Under the pieces are notes generated by a model. It saw only the letters and a program-made list of their open reading frames with translations, was not told the DNA's origin and searched no databases. Shown here piece after piece: positions 37,780 to 50,000 of a stretch of 64,000 bases of DNA (its first letter is position 1; each line of letters starts with the position of its first letter). Source of the stretch: Rhynchobatus australiae (Eukaryota); NCBI GenBank assembly GCA_034780895.1, contig JAUZTB010000127.1, positions 74,045,139 to 74,109,138 on the forward strand. Direction: 5' to 3'. The position numbers and the translations under genes are program-made.

Positions 37780-37879
37780 ACGGGTCCCACACACACACAC
37801 ACTGACCCTCACTGGGGGACGGGTCCCCCTCACACACACACTGACCCTCACTGGGGGACGGGTCCCCCTCACACACACC
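37780..37879. repeat. ~39-bp minisatellite (ACGGGTCCCCCTCACACACACACTGACCCTCACTGGGGG), ~2.5 visible units, truncated by a gap
   Basis: Direct tandem copies. Confidence 0.9.
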
Positions 37880-38804
37880 ACTACTCTACTGTCCCTTGAG
37901 GTGCCTTAAAGGGACATTCAACAAGTAGCAATCTGGCTCGTAACAGCACACAACCCACAGGTGTTGCGGGGGGGGGGGAGGGGGGCATTGCAGAGACCAG
38001 CTTTCAGTCAACGGTGTAGTTAAGTAACTGGCGTCGTTTAGGATTTTAAATCAAATCAATTCAGGACCCTGACAAAATCTGCTAATTCCCAAGAATCATG
38101 ATTTATAGAGGAATTCCTGGATTAAAAGGCATCTATTCCAGCAGGGGCTCACTGATTCTTCCTTTTTGCAGAAAATGCAGCTTCGTTCCTACAAATCTAA
38201 TGGCCCACCACGGCTTGTGCATAAGTGGACTATCCAACAGCAGCAATATACATTCCTATAGAGGCATGTCACTGCAATTTACAAGCAAATGAATGCTGGG
38301 GGAAATGAGAAAGTGGGAAGAGGGTAAAAGCACAGATGAAGAGATGTGCCTCAGAGTGATGCAGATATGCTGAAGAAGGGGCTACAATAGGTGGGAGCAA
38401 GAGCAGCAACATGGGAGAGAAGAAAACAAATCCAAGAGTAGAGAATGCACAAGGACAGCACTGAATATCAGCAAAGCTGAAGAGTCAAGACAATACAAAC
38501 TCTGAAGGTCAGGGCAGGAATCTTGAAACAATTCCCTGATATACAAGGTATTAATGGAACAAAGCAGGGACAATGAGGACACAGACTTTAGAAACTTTGG
38601 CAATGTGACCATTAGCCTGTGCCATTCTCAGTGACTTGTATGTGTGTGTTGTATCCACGAGGAAAGCTGGGAGACCAGCAACAAAAAAAAACATGGGAGG
38701 CATTAGCCACCAGACAATAAAATTTCAATGGCAGAGGGGGAGCAAAAGTAGGCAATTTCATAAAGGAAAGTGGCTTTGGAAACAAATTGATAATGAAGTG
38801 GAGA

Positions 38805-39155
38805 AACAAAAGGACTGCAGATGCTGAGGTCTAGATGAAAAACACTGATGCTGGAGGAACTCAGCAGGCCAGGCAGCATCTGTGGAGAAAAGCAGGGTCA
38901 GGACCCTTCTTCAGGAAGGTCCAATATGAGGGAAAATCAGAGCAGTGATAGGTGGACAAAAAAAAGAGTGGAGGTGGGGTGGGCACAGGGAGGTGATAGG
39001 TAGATGCAGGTAAGAGATAGTGATGGGCAGGTGCGGGGAGCAGATCCAGTGGGGGATGGGTCAAAGGTAAGGACAGAAAGAAAAAAAGAAAGGCTAGGAA
39101 AGGGAAGAAGCATGGTTCAGGGTGGGGGTTATTACTTAAAGTGGGAGAAGCCGAG
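38805..39155 (-). mobile_element. Penelope-like element 3' end
   Basis: GCTGGAGGAACTCAGCAGGCCAGGCAGCATCTGTGGAG is the reverse complement of the end of the element at 41000-41090. Confidence 0.8.
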
Positions 39156-39349
39156 CTTGTGGATACAAAATACACCAAGGAATGCACATGCTGAAAAAGG
39201 TGACAGCTTGGTGGGAAGCAACAGGCTTGCGCCTATCAAGGTGTGCAGGAACGGAAGAATTTAAGTTCAGTTTTGCCCAGTTTAGGCTCCAAAAATTTCG
39301 ACACACTCAGTCTTAATGTTGATTAATACAAAATATCCATGGTGTTAAC

Positions 39350-39850
39350 AAAGGAGATATCAAACTTTAGCCAAGTGAGATCAGGGCACAAGTGCATCAA
39401 TACATCATACAATTTAATATTGAGCCATTTACACTGGAAAGACCTGGGTACTATAGAGACTGAGTAAAATTGGCTAATATTCACCCATTTAGAAGATAGA
39501 GGCAATTTAATTGCAACATACACGATCGTAAGAGAAATTGGAAGAGTAAATTCTGAAAGGCCGTTTCCTGAGGCTGAAGAATCTAATACCAGGGCAGAGA
39601 CACAAGATAAAGGATCAACCAGTGAGAGCTCAGATGAGGAGGAGAAATTACTTCAGAATTCTGCAGGTTTTTGGAATTTTCTATCCTAGGGGACTGTGGG
39701 TGATCAATTTCTGAGTATAAGGCAGGCAGTTTTGGATACAAAGAGAAAATAGGAGTTGGACAGGAAAGTAGATGAGATGCAAGATCTTAAGTGGATCACA
39801 TTGAATGTTGGGCAGATGAGGTATCATACTCCGGTTTTTATTTCCTGTAC
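39350..39850 (+). mobile_element. Old CR1 3' fragment
   Basis: RRLRGDLI-like AGAAGATAGAGGCAATTTAATTG; WNFL; 3' UTR similar to 32956-33365. Confidence 0.6.
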
Positions 39851-40039
39851 ACACATCTCTTTTCTTGTCTTTGGGCTATACTGTATTAACTGAACTCAGC
39901 TAGTTGGGATGCTACAATTAGCTGCAACATGCTACATCAGCCAGAGCTTCCACTCCTTATCACAATCCAGTTATTCCTGTTGAAAAGTGAAAGGGTCAGT
40001 GTTAATTTAGTAATGATCAAGTACCCCGCAACCAGGACC

Positions 40040-41092
40040 AGGCACATCTTCCTCTCGCCCCCCTCTCTCTGCCTTCTGCAGGGACTGCTCTCTCCGCGAC
40101 TCCCTTGTCCATTCATAATCCTGCTGGCAATTATGCCTGCNNNNNNNNNNNNNNNNNNNNNNNNNNNNNNNNNNNNNNNNNNNNNNNNNNNNNNNNNNNN
40201 NNNNNNNNNNNNNNNNNNNNNNNNNNNNNNNNNNNNNNNNCGCGACTCCCTTGTCCATTCATAATCCTGCTGGCAATTATGCCTGCAACCGCACCAAGTG
40301 CTACACCTGTCCCTACACCTTCTCCCTCACCACATTCTGGGTCCCAGACAATCCTTCCAGGTGAGGGAGTGCTTCAGCTGCGAGTCAGAGGGTGTCATTT
40401 ATTGCATCCAGTGTGGCCTCCTGTACATTGGTCAGACCCGACGCAGATTGGACAACCGCTTCGTCAAGCACCTTCACTCCATCTGTCGCAACAGCCAGTG
40501 GCCACCCACTTCACCTCCACATCCCATTCCCATACTGACCTGTCTATCCATGGCCTTCTCTACTGCCACATTGAGAAGCAGGTTGGAGGAAGAACACCTC
40601 ATTTCTGCCTTGGGAGTCTCCAACCTGATGGCCTCAATATCGATTTCTCTAACCTGGTAACCCCACCCCTTTTTTTTCTTCCCCACCCGACTCCTTTGGC
40701 TTCCCTTCTTCCTGTGGCTCCCTTTCCCCTCCTTGATGACCTGCCCATCTCCCCTCCTCCATTCTTTATGCCATGGTCCACTGCCCTCTCTTACCGACTC
40801 CTTCTTCAGCCCTTTGCCTCTTCTACCTCTCACCTTATTACATCTTCCCCCCCCCTCCACTTACCTTACCCCTCACCTGGACTCACCTATCACCTGAACT
40901 AACCCATCTGGGTGTGCTCCTCCCCCTCCCTCTTATTCTGGCTTCTGCCCTCTTCCTTTCCAGTCCAGATGAAGGGTCTCAATCCAAAATGTTGACTGTT
41001 TATTTCCCTCCATAGATGCTGCCTGACCTACTGAGTTGCTCCAGTACTTTTTGTGTATTGCTCCAGATTCCAGCATCCGCAGAATTTCTTGT
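40040..41092 (+). mobile_element. Penelope-like element: GIY-YIG endonuclease remnant plus terminal repeat region
   Basis: GPRQSFQVRECFSCESEGVIYCIQCGLLYIGQTRRRLDNRFVKHLHSI; RLEEEHLI..LGSLQPDGLNIDFSN; decayed hammerhead motif at 40961-40998. Confidence 0.9.
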
Positions 41093-42049
41093 GACCCTGC
41101 AACACTATCTAGGATCATGTACAAAGGAAAACCACAGGTACAATAGTGGGAATTGGATAAAACACAAACCATGACAACAGTATGCACCAGAAACTGATTG
41201 GCGAGGGTATTGGGAGTGGTGAGCCACCAGTATTTTCAGACTATAAAGGCTCCGCCTTATCGTGCTGTGCAGTTCATTGTATAAAGATTGTACTCTTAGA
41301 AAACAATGCACATGAGGCTCACCATTTTGCATCAAGAATTCAAAGAACAAGACAGGTCACAGCATATTACTAAGTATTGACTCAATGGTATGAACAACTT
41401 CACCAAGGTTGCAGATAGACAAGGCATATCATTTGCACAGAGGGGGAGAGGAATGCAGAGGGCTGGAGAAACTATTCATAAGCACTGCAATCCAACACCT
41501 CTAATATTCAAAATAAGCTTTAAAAAAAACAACCACCAGTTTTCTTCTAGTATGTCAAGCAGAGCATAAACAGTGACCTGACATTTAAGATTTCTGTGCT
41601 GAATTTAAGCACTCATCAAAACAGAATTGAATTCTAGTGGTATTATCTCATTTCATTGTTACAAAGATTCCTCTATTAAAGCCATTACAGTGATGGNNNN
41701 NNNNNAAAATCATGAGGATTATTAACATGATGTGAAGGATCCTGTATAAGAGATGTAGACAATCATTACAGACTTGACTTTTCCCTATGGGTATTTATGC
41801 TCTTCAAGTACCTGATTTTTTGCCAACAGTTGCATGCTGTCTGGTCCTTTACAACAACAATGTCACTCTAACAGAAAGTTGTCAATTATGCACCAAGAAC
41901 AAGTTCGAACAGAGGCTGCAGCATTAAGAATGAAGTAGGTATAGGATGAATCAAAAAAGTGTAAAACATGGAGTGTCAATGAGGAATGCAAAGAAGCCAA
42001 ATTTCCATCAACTAGTTTTCTTTACTCATTGTGTGAGCAAACACACAAA

Positions 42050-42190
42050 CATATAAAATGGAAGCAGTAGGAGGCCCTTTCAAGCCTGTTCCTTCATTCA
42101 ATAGGATCAAGGCTGAAGTGATTGAAACCTCAATGCTACATTCTCAACTTCCTCCTGTAACTTTTCATCCCTTTATCCCCTTATCATCAG
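42050..42190 (-). mobile_element. CR1 3' tail remnant
   Basis: GGAAGCAGTAGGAGGCCCTTTCAAGCCTGTTCCTTCATTCAATAGGATCAAGGCTGA. Confidence 0.6.
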
Positions 42191-44319
42191 GGAGAATTCC
42201 CTCCTTGAAGGCACTGATATGTCCTGAGGGACAGTTTTGCAGAAACTGGCCATGTTCAGATTTCTCACCCATGTTCTTTCTTCATTTGCTAGACAGGGAG
42301 CACATTGAGGGGGGTTGGAAAATTTGCTGGAAATAATTCAATTCTTGAGCCAATTATTCTCCCCGACCTCTCATTTCAAACATACACCTGAAAAACAGCT
42401 GGTTTTAGGTGATACCATCAGCACTAAGAATCAACATCCAGCAAGAGTTAGCACCACTACGGGAAAACAAAATCAAGGAGGAAATTTGGGGTTTAGAGGG
42501 AGTTGAAGAGGATGGAAGTATGAAGGAGGGAGAAAAATGGAGATGATGCTTTCCTACTTCAGTCAAAGTCAAAGCAAACACTCGCAACTATTTGTTCCTC
42601 ACTGGGTACAATATTCAAAAGCAAATGTTGTCAGAAGAAATAATGCAATGATTGTTCTATCTGCGTGCAATCCTCCTTCAAAACAAAACACAATGAACAG
42701 AGCCTCTAATAAAGGATTTGGCTAAAATATTTAGCAGATCAAAGACAGACAAGCAATGCATTTGCCAACCGCATCTCAACTCATTGAGTCATACTTAAGA
42801 TTTCTTTTTAAGTTTTCCCGACAAGACGAATTATAACAGCGCCAACTGCTGTGGTAGTCAAAATTAGTGAACAGTGCTAACCTGAGATAATGCCTTCAGC
42901 GAGATAAAAACCATCAGTGGCTCCCTTGACCCCTCCCCCACCAATTCCCCCACTTCCCCACAGTTTTATAGACAAAATGAATTATTTCAGTGTAGACAAC
43001 ATGATTCATGCCAGATATTAAAAACCAAGATCAAAGCCATATCCCATTGCTCTATGCTACAATAATAACAACAAATACCTTCATATTAAGATACTTTAGG
43101 GCCTTGGGTCACACCTCCACAAATCTATCTTATTCCCTGGATTTATGGGGTATTTTGACAGAACATACTGCTAAGCATAGTTCACATAATAACCACATAG
43201 TAGGCCAGAAGACATCAAAGTGGTGATGCCAGACTCTATCAAAAACTGACTCATCCCTTTAAGAAACTTAAAAGCTGGATTTTATCTCTAACGTAGGCGT
43301 TTGAGAAATTGTGGAAGCAGGCAGCACTGAAGGAAGAGTAGCTATTCCTGCATTGCTCACACCAGCACAGGAGAAAAACGATCCAATGTTTATGACTACA
43401 CTCAACATCAGTGTCTGATCTTTTGCTGAGTGATCACAATCTTTTCACCAACAGCAGTCAACTTCTGATAAGAGCTTTTGTTGATGAAAAGGTGCTCTGG
43501 GGACTCGATAATGAACAACATTCCCACCTTTTCACCGATAGACCATCTCTATAATGCTACAGCTTGCAGTAATCACAATCAAAACATTTTGCACATCAGT
43601 TGATATCTCTGCAGTTTTCTTTCTACTTGCAGAATTAGTCACTAACCCACTGCAGCTCCAAAAGCTTTTTCTCTTTTTAAAAAAAAGCATAAATCCATTT
43701 GCTTTCCAAACCTTGTGTTTAAGGGCTTGGCCAACTCTCAACCTACATTGTTGGATTGCGAGACTTATATTCCATTAGTAAAGGAGGAATTTAGATAGTG
43801 CTCCAAAGGGGAGTGCTCAAAACAGATTACTGGGGATACTATTATTCAGCACAGCTCATCAGAAAGGACACATCTCATCCAGATGTTTAGCAGAAAGCCC
43901 AACCTCTCATATACTTTAGTGAAGTAATCTATAATGGTTTATTCAGCCTCTAAGCGTGCACATTTGCATGTGTCTTCTGCACTCTGTAGTGGATGACTGA
44001 AGTTGATGTGATATTGATTTTGGAGTGAAGATAATGAAATCTCAAGTTTCCAGGTCATCCTGTATTAACTCCACTCTCGCATACTATGGTCACTAACTTG
44101 TTGCTGGTTCTCCCACATTCTTTCCACCCACCACCTGTTCTTTAAGTCACAAGTTTAAGAATGGTCTTCAGATGACTATAGATCTCTCCCCACTCCCCTT
44201 TGGGGACTTGATGCATTTCTAGTCCAAGAAAATCTTGTGTTTATGATTAATCAGCTGCTATTTCTCCCAGTTATTCCCACGAACCAAACTTGGCTTTTTC
44301 CTGAGGTAATTAGCTTGTT

Positions 44320-44435
44320 CATCATCACTGGGTCTAAATCCTGGAACTCATTACTGACCAGCACCTTCTCAAGGACAATTAGGAACAGGCAGTAAATGCC
44401 AGCCTTGCCAGAGATCCCCATATCCCATAAATAGT
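44320..44435 (+). mobile_element. 3' tail of the CR1-group LINE
   Basis: CATCACTGGGTCTAAATCCTGGAACT matches 34321-34350; CACCTTCTCAAGGACAATTAGG..TAAATGCCAGCCTTGCCAG. Confidence 0.7.
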
Positions 44436-44634
44436 AAGTACAATGTTCTAGTGTATGCAGATTCTGAATGAAAAATAGTGCTTAGCAGAGAATTGTGTAC
44501 TCACTGAAATAAGAGCATGAAGGTAACATGAACATTCAAATTTAATGCAACCAGAATACCCACCCATTAACTTAGATTCAGACTTTTCCCGCAACGATAT
44601 GCATTGAGGTGTTACAGAAATAATATTAACAACA

Positions 44635-44884
44635 GGGCGGCACGGTAGCGTAGCGGTTAGCGCAACGCTATTACAGCGCCAGCGATCGGGGTTCGATTCC
44701 CGTCACCGTCTGTAAGGAGTTTGTACATTCGCCTATGCCTGCGTGGGTTTCCTCCAGGTGCTCTGGTTTCCCCCCACATTCTAAAGACGTACAGGTAGGT
44801 TAATTTAGAGTTTAAAATGGGCAGCGTGGACTCGTTGGCCTGGAAGGGCCTGTTCCCACACTGTAAATAAAAATTTAAATTTAA
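44635..44884 (+). mobile_element. Young tRNA-derived V-SINE-type element with CR1-type tail
   Basis: A box TAGCGTAGCGG (44646-44656), B box GGTTCGATTCC (44690-44700), V-domain GCGTGGGTTTCCTCCAGGTGCTCTGGTTTCC, tail GGAAGGGCCTGTT and (AAATTT)n. Confidence 0.92.
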
Positions 44885-45389
44885 CAAAAAAACATCCCAA
44901 TTGCAAGCTGATAGGATCAGGTCAATTTTACAACAGCCCAACTTTAGTTTCACTCACTTCAATGGAGGGTGAAATTAGCTGGATGTAAAACAGAAGGCTG
45001 ACCCAATCATAAGAGTTCTCCACAGGTTGGCTTAGGTCTAAATCACCCCATATACCTCCCTGTTCCTTGATGAACCTGGAATATATACAATTATTCATTG
45101 TTCAGCTGATGAGGTAATTTATACTAAGTCTCCAGGCTAAGTACTTGGGGCTTTGTGAAGCAGCGAGGAACCAATGGAACATGAAAAGTCAAAAGATTGT
45201 AGAGTTTTGCATCAGTGGGAGTTCAGTTAATCTGCAATTATATTTAAGAACTTAAACCATAATACTGTTGTGTTTGATTTTATTGAACCAGTGGGGAAAA
45301 AAGTCTGTGAATTGTAACATATGATGTAAATGCTCTTGGATACTCACCACACCTGGTAAGTGGGTCAACTTTTTTTTCTGGTGATGCAT

Positions 45390-45590
45390 GAGACTGAAGC
45401 TGCTGGAACTTGGAGCAAAAAGTAAACTGCTGGAAGAACTCAGCAGGTCAAGCAGCTTCTGTGGAAGCAAAGGCATGGTCGATCTTTCAGGACAAGACTC
45501 TGCGTCACTCGTCTGCCGTACCTTTGCCTCCACAGATGTTTCTTGACCCAATGACTTCTTCCAGCAGTTTACTTGATGCTCCAACTTTAA
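45390..45590. mobile_element. Palindromic Penelope-end derivative (arms ~45410-45478 and ~45516-45584)
   Basis: Two Penelope terminal segments in inverted orientation. Confidence 0.8.
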
Positions 45591-46084
45591 AAAAAATGGA
45601 TTTCCAAGCACTGCAAAGAAGTACAGTATTTATTTAACTGCCCTCAAGAAGGTGGTAGTGAACAACCTGTTTGAACAGCTACAGTCTAAGTGGTGAAGGT
45701 ACTCCCACAATGCTGTCCTGTGGGGTGTTCCAGAATTTGCATTTGGTGGAGAATCTGATGGTGTTACCATGCACCTGCTGTCCTTGTCATTCTTCATGGC
45801 AGAGGTTGCAGATTTAGGAGGTGCTATTGGAGAAGCCTCAGTGAGTAAATGCATGCATTTGGTAGTGGGGATACACTGCAGCCACACTTCACCAGAGGAA
45901 AGGAAACTGAATGCTTAGGATAGCAGATGGGGTGCAATTAAATAGGCTACTTCATTCTGAATGGTGCCAACATCCTTGAGCTGTACTCTCACAAGCAAGT
46001 GGAGAGTACTGCATCACACTCCTGACTTGTGATTTGTAGACGTTGGAATAGCTTGATGAGTCACCCCTACAGGATATCCAGACT

Positions 46085-46370
46085 CGGAAATAAAAAGATA
46101 CTGTAGAAAATACTCAGCAGATCAGGTAGCATTCCAAAGACAGTTAAATGTTTCAGGTCAAGGACACCTGATCGGAACTCGAGAAGTGAAAAAAAAACAA
46201 TAATTTAAGATGCAAAGCTGGAGAGAAGCAAGAGAATGTCTGTGATACAGTGGAGAGCAAGGTTGTAAACATAGCACTTTTCAAACATCTAGTTAACAGA
46301 AGAATATGAGCAATTAGAGAGAATAAGAGTTAAAAGGACTTGCTAGAACTATGAGAGAGAGGACAATGAA
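46085..46370 (-). mobile_element. Penelope-like end fragment
   Basis: AAAATACTCAGCAGATCAGGTAGCAT..CAGTTAAATGTTTCAGGTC. Confidence 0.6.
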
Positions 46371-46836
46371 GCTGCACATACCCTCTGGCCTGTTTCTGTG
46401 GTCAGTTATTATGTGGCTTGTCCAGTTGAGTTTATAGTCAAAATTGATCCTCAAGATGTCAATGGTGAGAAACATGAATGATAATGCAAGTGGATGTCAA
46501 GGATAGATTACTCTCTCTCGTTGGACATATTATTCACTACTTCTCTGTCCAAGCCTACATGTTGTCTTGGGTTTGATGCACAACAGGGATGAATTGCTTT
46601 ATTGCTGAGGCATTGGTAATGAAATTGAATATTGTGCAACCATCTCCACTTCAGATCTTATGAAAGAAAATGGTTGGACCTGGGACATTGCCCTAAGGAA
46701 TTCTGCTGTGATGTCCTGGGCCTGGAACGATTCGTTAATGACTTTCTAAGTGCGAGGTATAACTCAAGCCAATGAATTGTTTTGCCCATAATGCCCATTG
46801 ACTTCAGTTTGACCAGGGCTCCTCAATGCCACATTC

Positions 46837-47087
46837 GGGCAGCACGGTAGTGTAGTGGTTAGCACGAAGCTATTACAGTGCCAGTGACCCAGGTTCAATT
46901 CCCGCTGCTGCCTGTAAGGAGTTTGTACATTCTCCCGTGTCTGCGTGGGTTTCTTCCAGGTGCTCCGGTTTCCTTTCGCATTTCAAAGATGTACGGGTAG
47001 GTTAACTTGGGTTTAAAAAAATGGGCGGCGTGGACTCGTTGGGCCAGAATGGCCTGTTACCACGCTGTAAATAAAATTTGAAAAAAA
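46837..47087 (+). mobile_element. Young V-SINE copy, same subfamily as 44635
   Basis: Full-length colinear similarity with 44635-44884. Confidence 0.92.
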
Positions 47088-50000
47088 CTAAAACCTGCTT
47101 GGTGTCAAGGGCAGTCACTTTCACCTCACCCCTCAAATTTAGCTCTGAGTCCTATTTGAACCAAGGCTGTGATAAAGTGGAGCTGAGTGGTCCTGGCAAA
47201 ACCCAAGCTGGGCATTGGCAAGCAGATTACTGCACAGCAAGTACTGCTGGCCAGTACAATGGACAACACATACCAACATTTTGCTGATGACAGAGTATAG
47301 ACTGCATGGGTGGTGATTACTTGGACTGAATTTATTCTGCTTTTGGTGAACAGGATATGACTGGGCAATTATCCACATTATCAAGTAAATGTCAATGTCA
47401 TAACTGTACTGGAATAACTTTACTGGAGTCACGGCTCAGGTTCAGGAGCCCAAATCAGAGAACTCCAGCTGGGATGTTGTTTGACTCAACAGCCTTTGCT
47501 CTATCATGTGCTCCCAACCATTTTTTGTATTTTAAGTTCCACATTTCTGGGTTTGAGAAGCAGTAGTACCACCCCATTGCATAAGGGAGACCGTAAAGCT
47601 TGCACATTCCAGAAGATGATAGTCTTGTCAAGAGATCAATTTAATGGATAGTGAAGGAATAATAATAATTTTGTGCATGGGAACATTTTCAGCACAGTTA
47701 GGAATATTGTGTTCAACTTAAGTGCCCCTTTAGGGAGAAGATGTGAGACAGCACAAAGCAAAGAAAAACAGGACAATCGTGATAGCTGCAATAGTCACAT
47801 GAAGATTAGAAATGCAAGGCCTACATCTTTGGAGCAGGAAGCTATGAAACCTTTACAACTTTGGACAGGTGAAATACAGAAAAATTGGTTGAAAGGCCAT
47901 CAATTTAAAACTGTCAAAAGACCAGAGATATTTTTTCTTTAAATGGGAGATGTTAGAGCCTCAAATCCTTGGCAACAAATACTGCCTGAGGAAAGAAAGA
48001 AATGCCACAGCTTAAGGGAAAGTCAGTAAATATTTAAAGCACAAAAACTGCAGGACTTCATTCGCACTCTACCAAAATGTCAGTTGCTTAAGATTCTGGA
48101 GTACTTTTGACCTATAACCATCTAATTCGGAGGAGAGAGGCCGAAGGATGCCAGCATGAAACAGAAGTAGGGAGAAAAACATGTTGCCAGAAGAGGGAGA
48201 GGGAATGAAAGGGAGAAACATTCTTTAGTCACTGCAACAACTGCAAAACAATTTAATAACTAGATTCAGACATAGAGATTATCGCTGCATATCCACAATA
48301 GCAATTTCTTGGCAAGAAATCAAGGACAACTTGCAACTTCTGTTACAATCAACCACTGTACAAGTTATAGAATGATAGCTTAATCTGATGTGCAAGTTAT
48401 GACAAACCTATGCCCAGCTGTGTTTTCAATGCAATTGCATTTGTAATTCCAAATTTTCAGTTCTTAAAAACTTTTGTTGAGACTAGCTGTCTTTTTTTTT
48501 GCTAATTTTTTTTTGAATTGACGTATTCTTTGTTCTCAATTTCTACTGGCCTCTCATCAGTGAAAATAATCTCTCCCCACCCCCAATTTACCTCACCAAT
48601 TCCATTCATTTCCCACCCCCGCCACTGGATCCCTCCACACTCATTTATGGCTCATTCGTTATTGTTTGCTCTGTGGTGTCACCCTGCTGCCGTGCAGGTC
48701 ACCCACGCTCAATAACAAAAACTCAAATGGTTCAAACTTTATTGAATCTACGTAACCTCTACTCAATCATCCAGACAGGAGATAACCACATTACTCTGCA
48801 GGATGACACCAGGAGAGCAAACTAATCTGGCAGACAGCCAGTACTCTGTAACTCAACAGATCCATTCAACCCCCACCCTCTCCAAAACTGCACATTCCAC
48901 TTGCACTGTAGAATGGTCTCCAATGAATGTGGTTGAGCAATGTGGTTCAGTGATTTGAATGCTTATGTTTGCCTTAAAAGGTCAGAATTGGAGCAATAGC
49001 CAGAGAAACAGCAAATGGGACTGCAAACACAGAACGGAACACAAGAGCAAACCGGTACCTGAAATTAAAAAAACTCAATTTGACAAGCCTGTGGCTTGGC
49101 CATCTTTATTGAACATAATCAAGATCACTAACTCTCCAAGTTTGCCACAAAGCTCCCAACATGTTATACTTATTCTCTGGACTCGGCTTCAAACAACTCA
49201 TAGGGACATTAAAAATATGCTAATTTTAATTTCCTTTGAATGAAGCTTACAAGTTATAAACAGATTGGAGTTGGCAAAAACAGCTGCCTCATAGATAGGA
49301 AAGTTGATGAGGGAGGTCATGTGATAAAAACATCAGGAATTTTGTAAATGAGAATTGAGTACCTGTTCCTCAAACCATCTGAGATCAGTGGACCTCCTAA
49401 ATTCTATGTGATTCAAACAGATGTTATGACATAATCCTCAGTTTCCTTTATTCAGGTATCATGTTTGTAACNNNNNNNNNNNNNNNNNNNNNNNNNNNNN
49501 NNNNNNNNNNNNNNNNNNNNNNNNNNNNNNNNNNNNNNNNNNNNNNNNNNNNNNNNNNNNNNNNNNNNNNNNNNNNNNNNNNNNNNNNNNNNNNNNNNNN
49601 NNNNNNNNNNNNNNNNNNNNNNNNNNNNNNNNNNNNNNNNNNNNNNNNNNNNNNNNNNNNNNNNNNNNNNNNNNNNNNNNNGCCAGCATTGTCAGTGATG
49701 TCCACTTGCTTTGAACTGATAATAAAAATACAAACAAAGTTTTACAAAATCAGGTAAGTAGGGCAAAGGTAAGTGCTTCTCATAATTTATAGTGTAATTA
49801 TAAAGGGAAGAATTAACATAAAACTCTGTGACATCAGTGTTGGGTAGAAACAAAGTGCAAAATTCTTTCCAACCATCAACCAGGAGGAAAATGGATTCAC
49901 ATGAGGATGGTATTTGAGAGAGAGAGAAAGTTACCAAAATAGAAAGGCAAAATTTTGAAGTATTACAGAGAAAAATGAGAAGAACAATTATAAGGAGAAC

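Larger units (their letters stand above)
45628..47560 (-). mobile_element. Old CR1-group LINE (RT to 3' end) with nested Penelope fragment and SINE
   Basis: 3' end complementary to 34000-34450 and 44360; AQLGFCQDHSAP and GVPQGSVLG-like CAGAATTCCTTAGGGCAATGTCCCAGGTCC on the minus strand. Confidence 0.8.

Noticed and set aside
40096-40287. ~45-bp duplication flanking a gap in the Penelope element
   Set aside because: Probable contig overlap rather than a real tandem duplication
44635-44705. tRNA-like sequence
   Set aside because: SINE head that runs into a V-domain and LINE tail; not a tRNA gene
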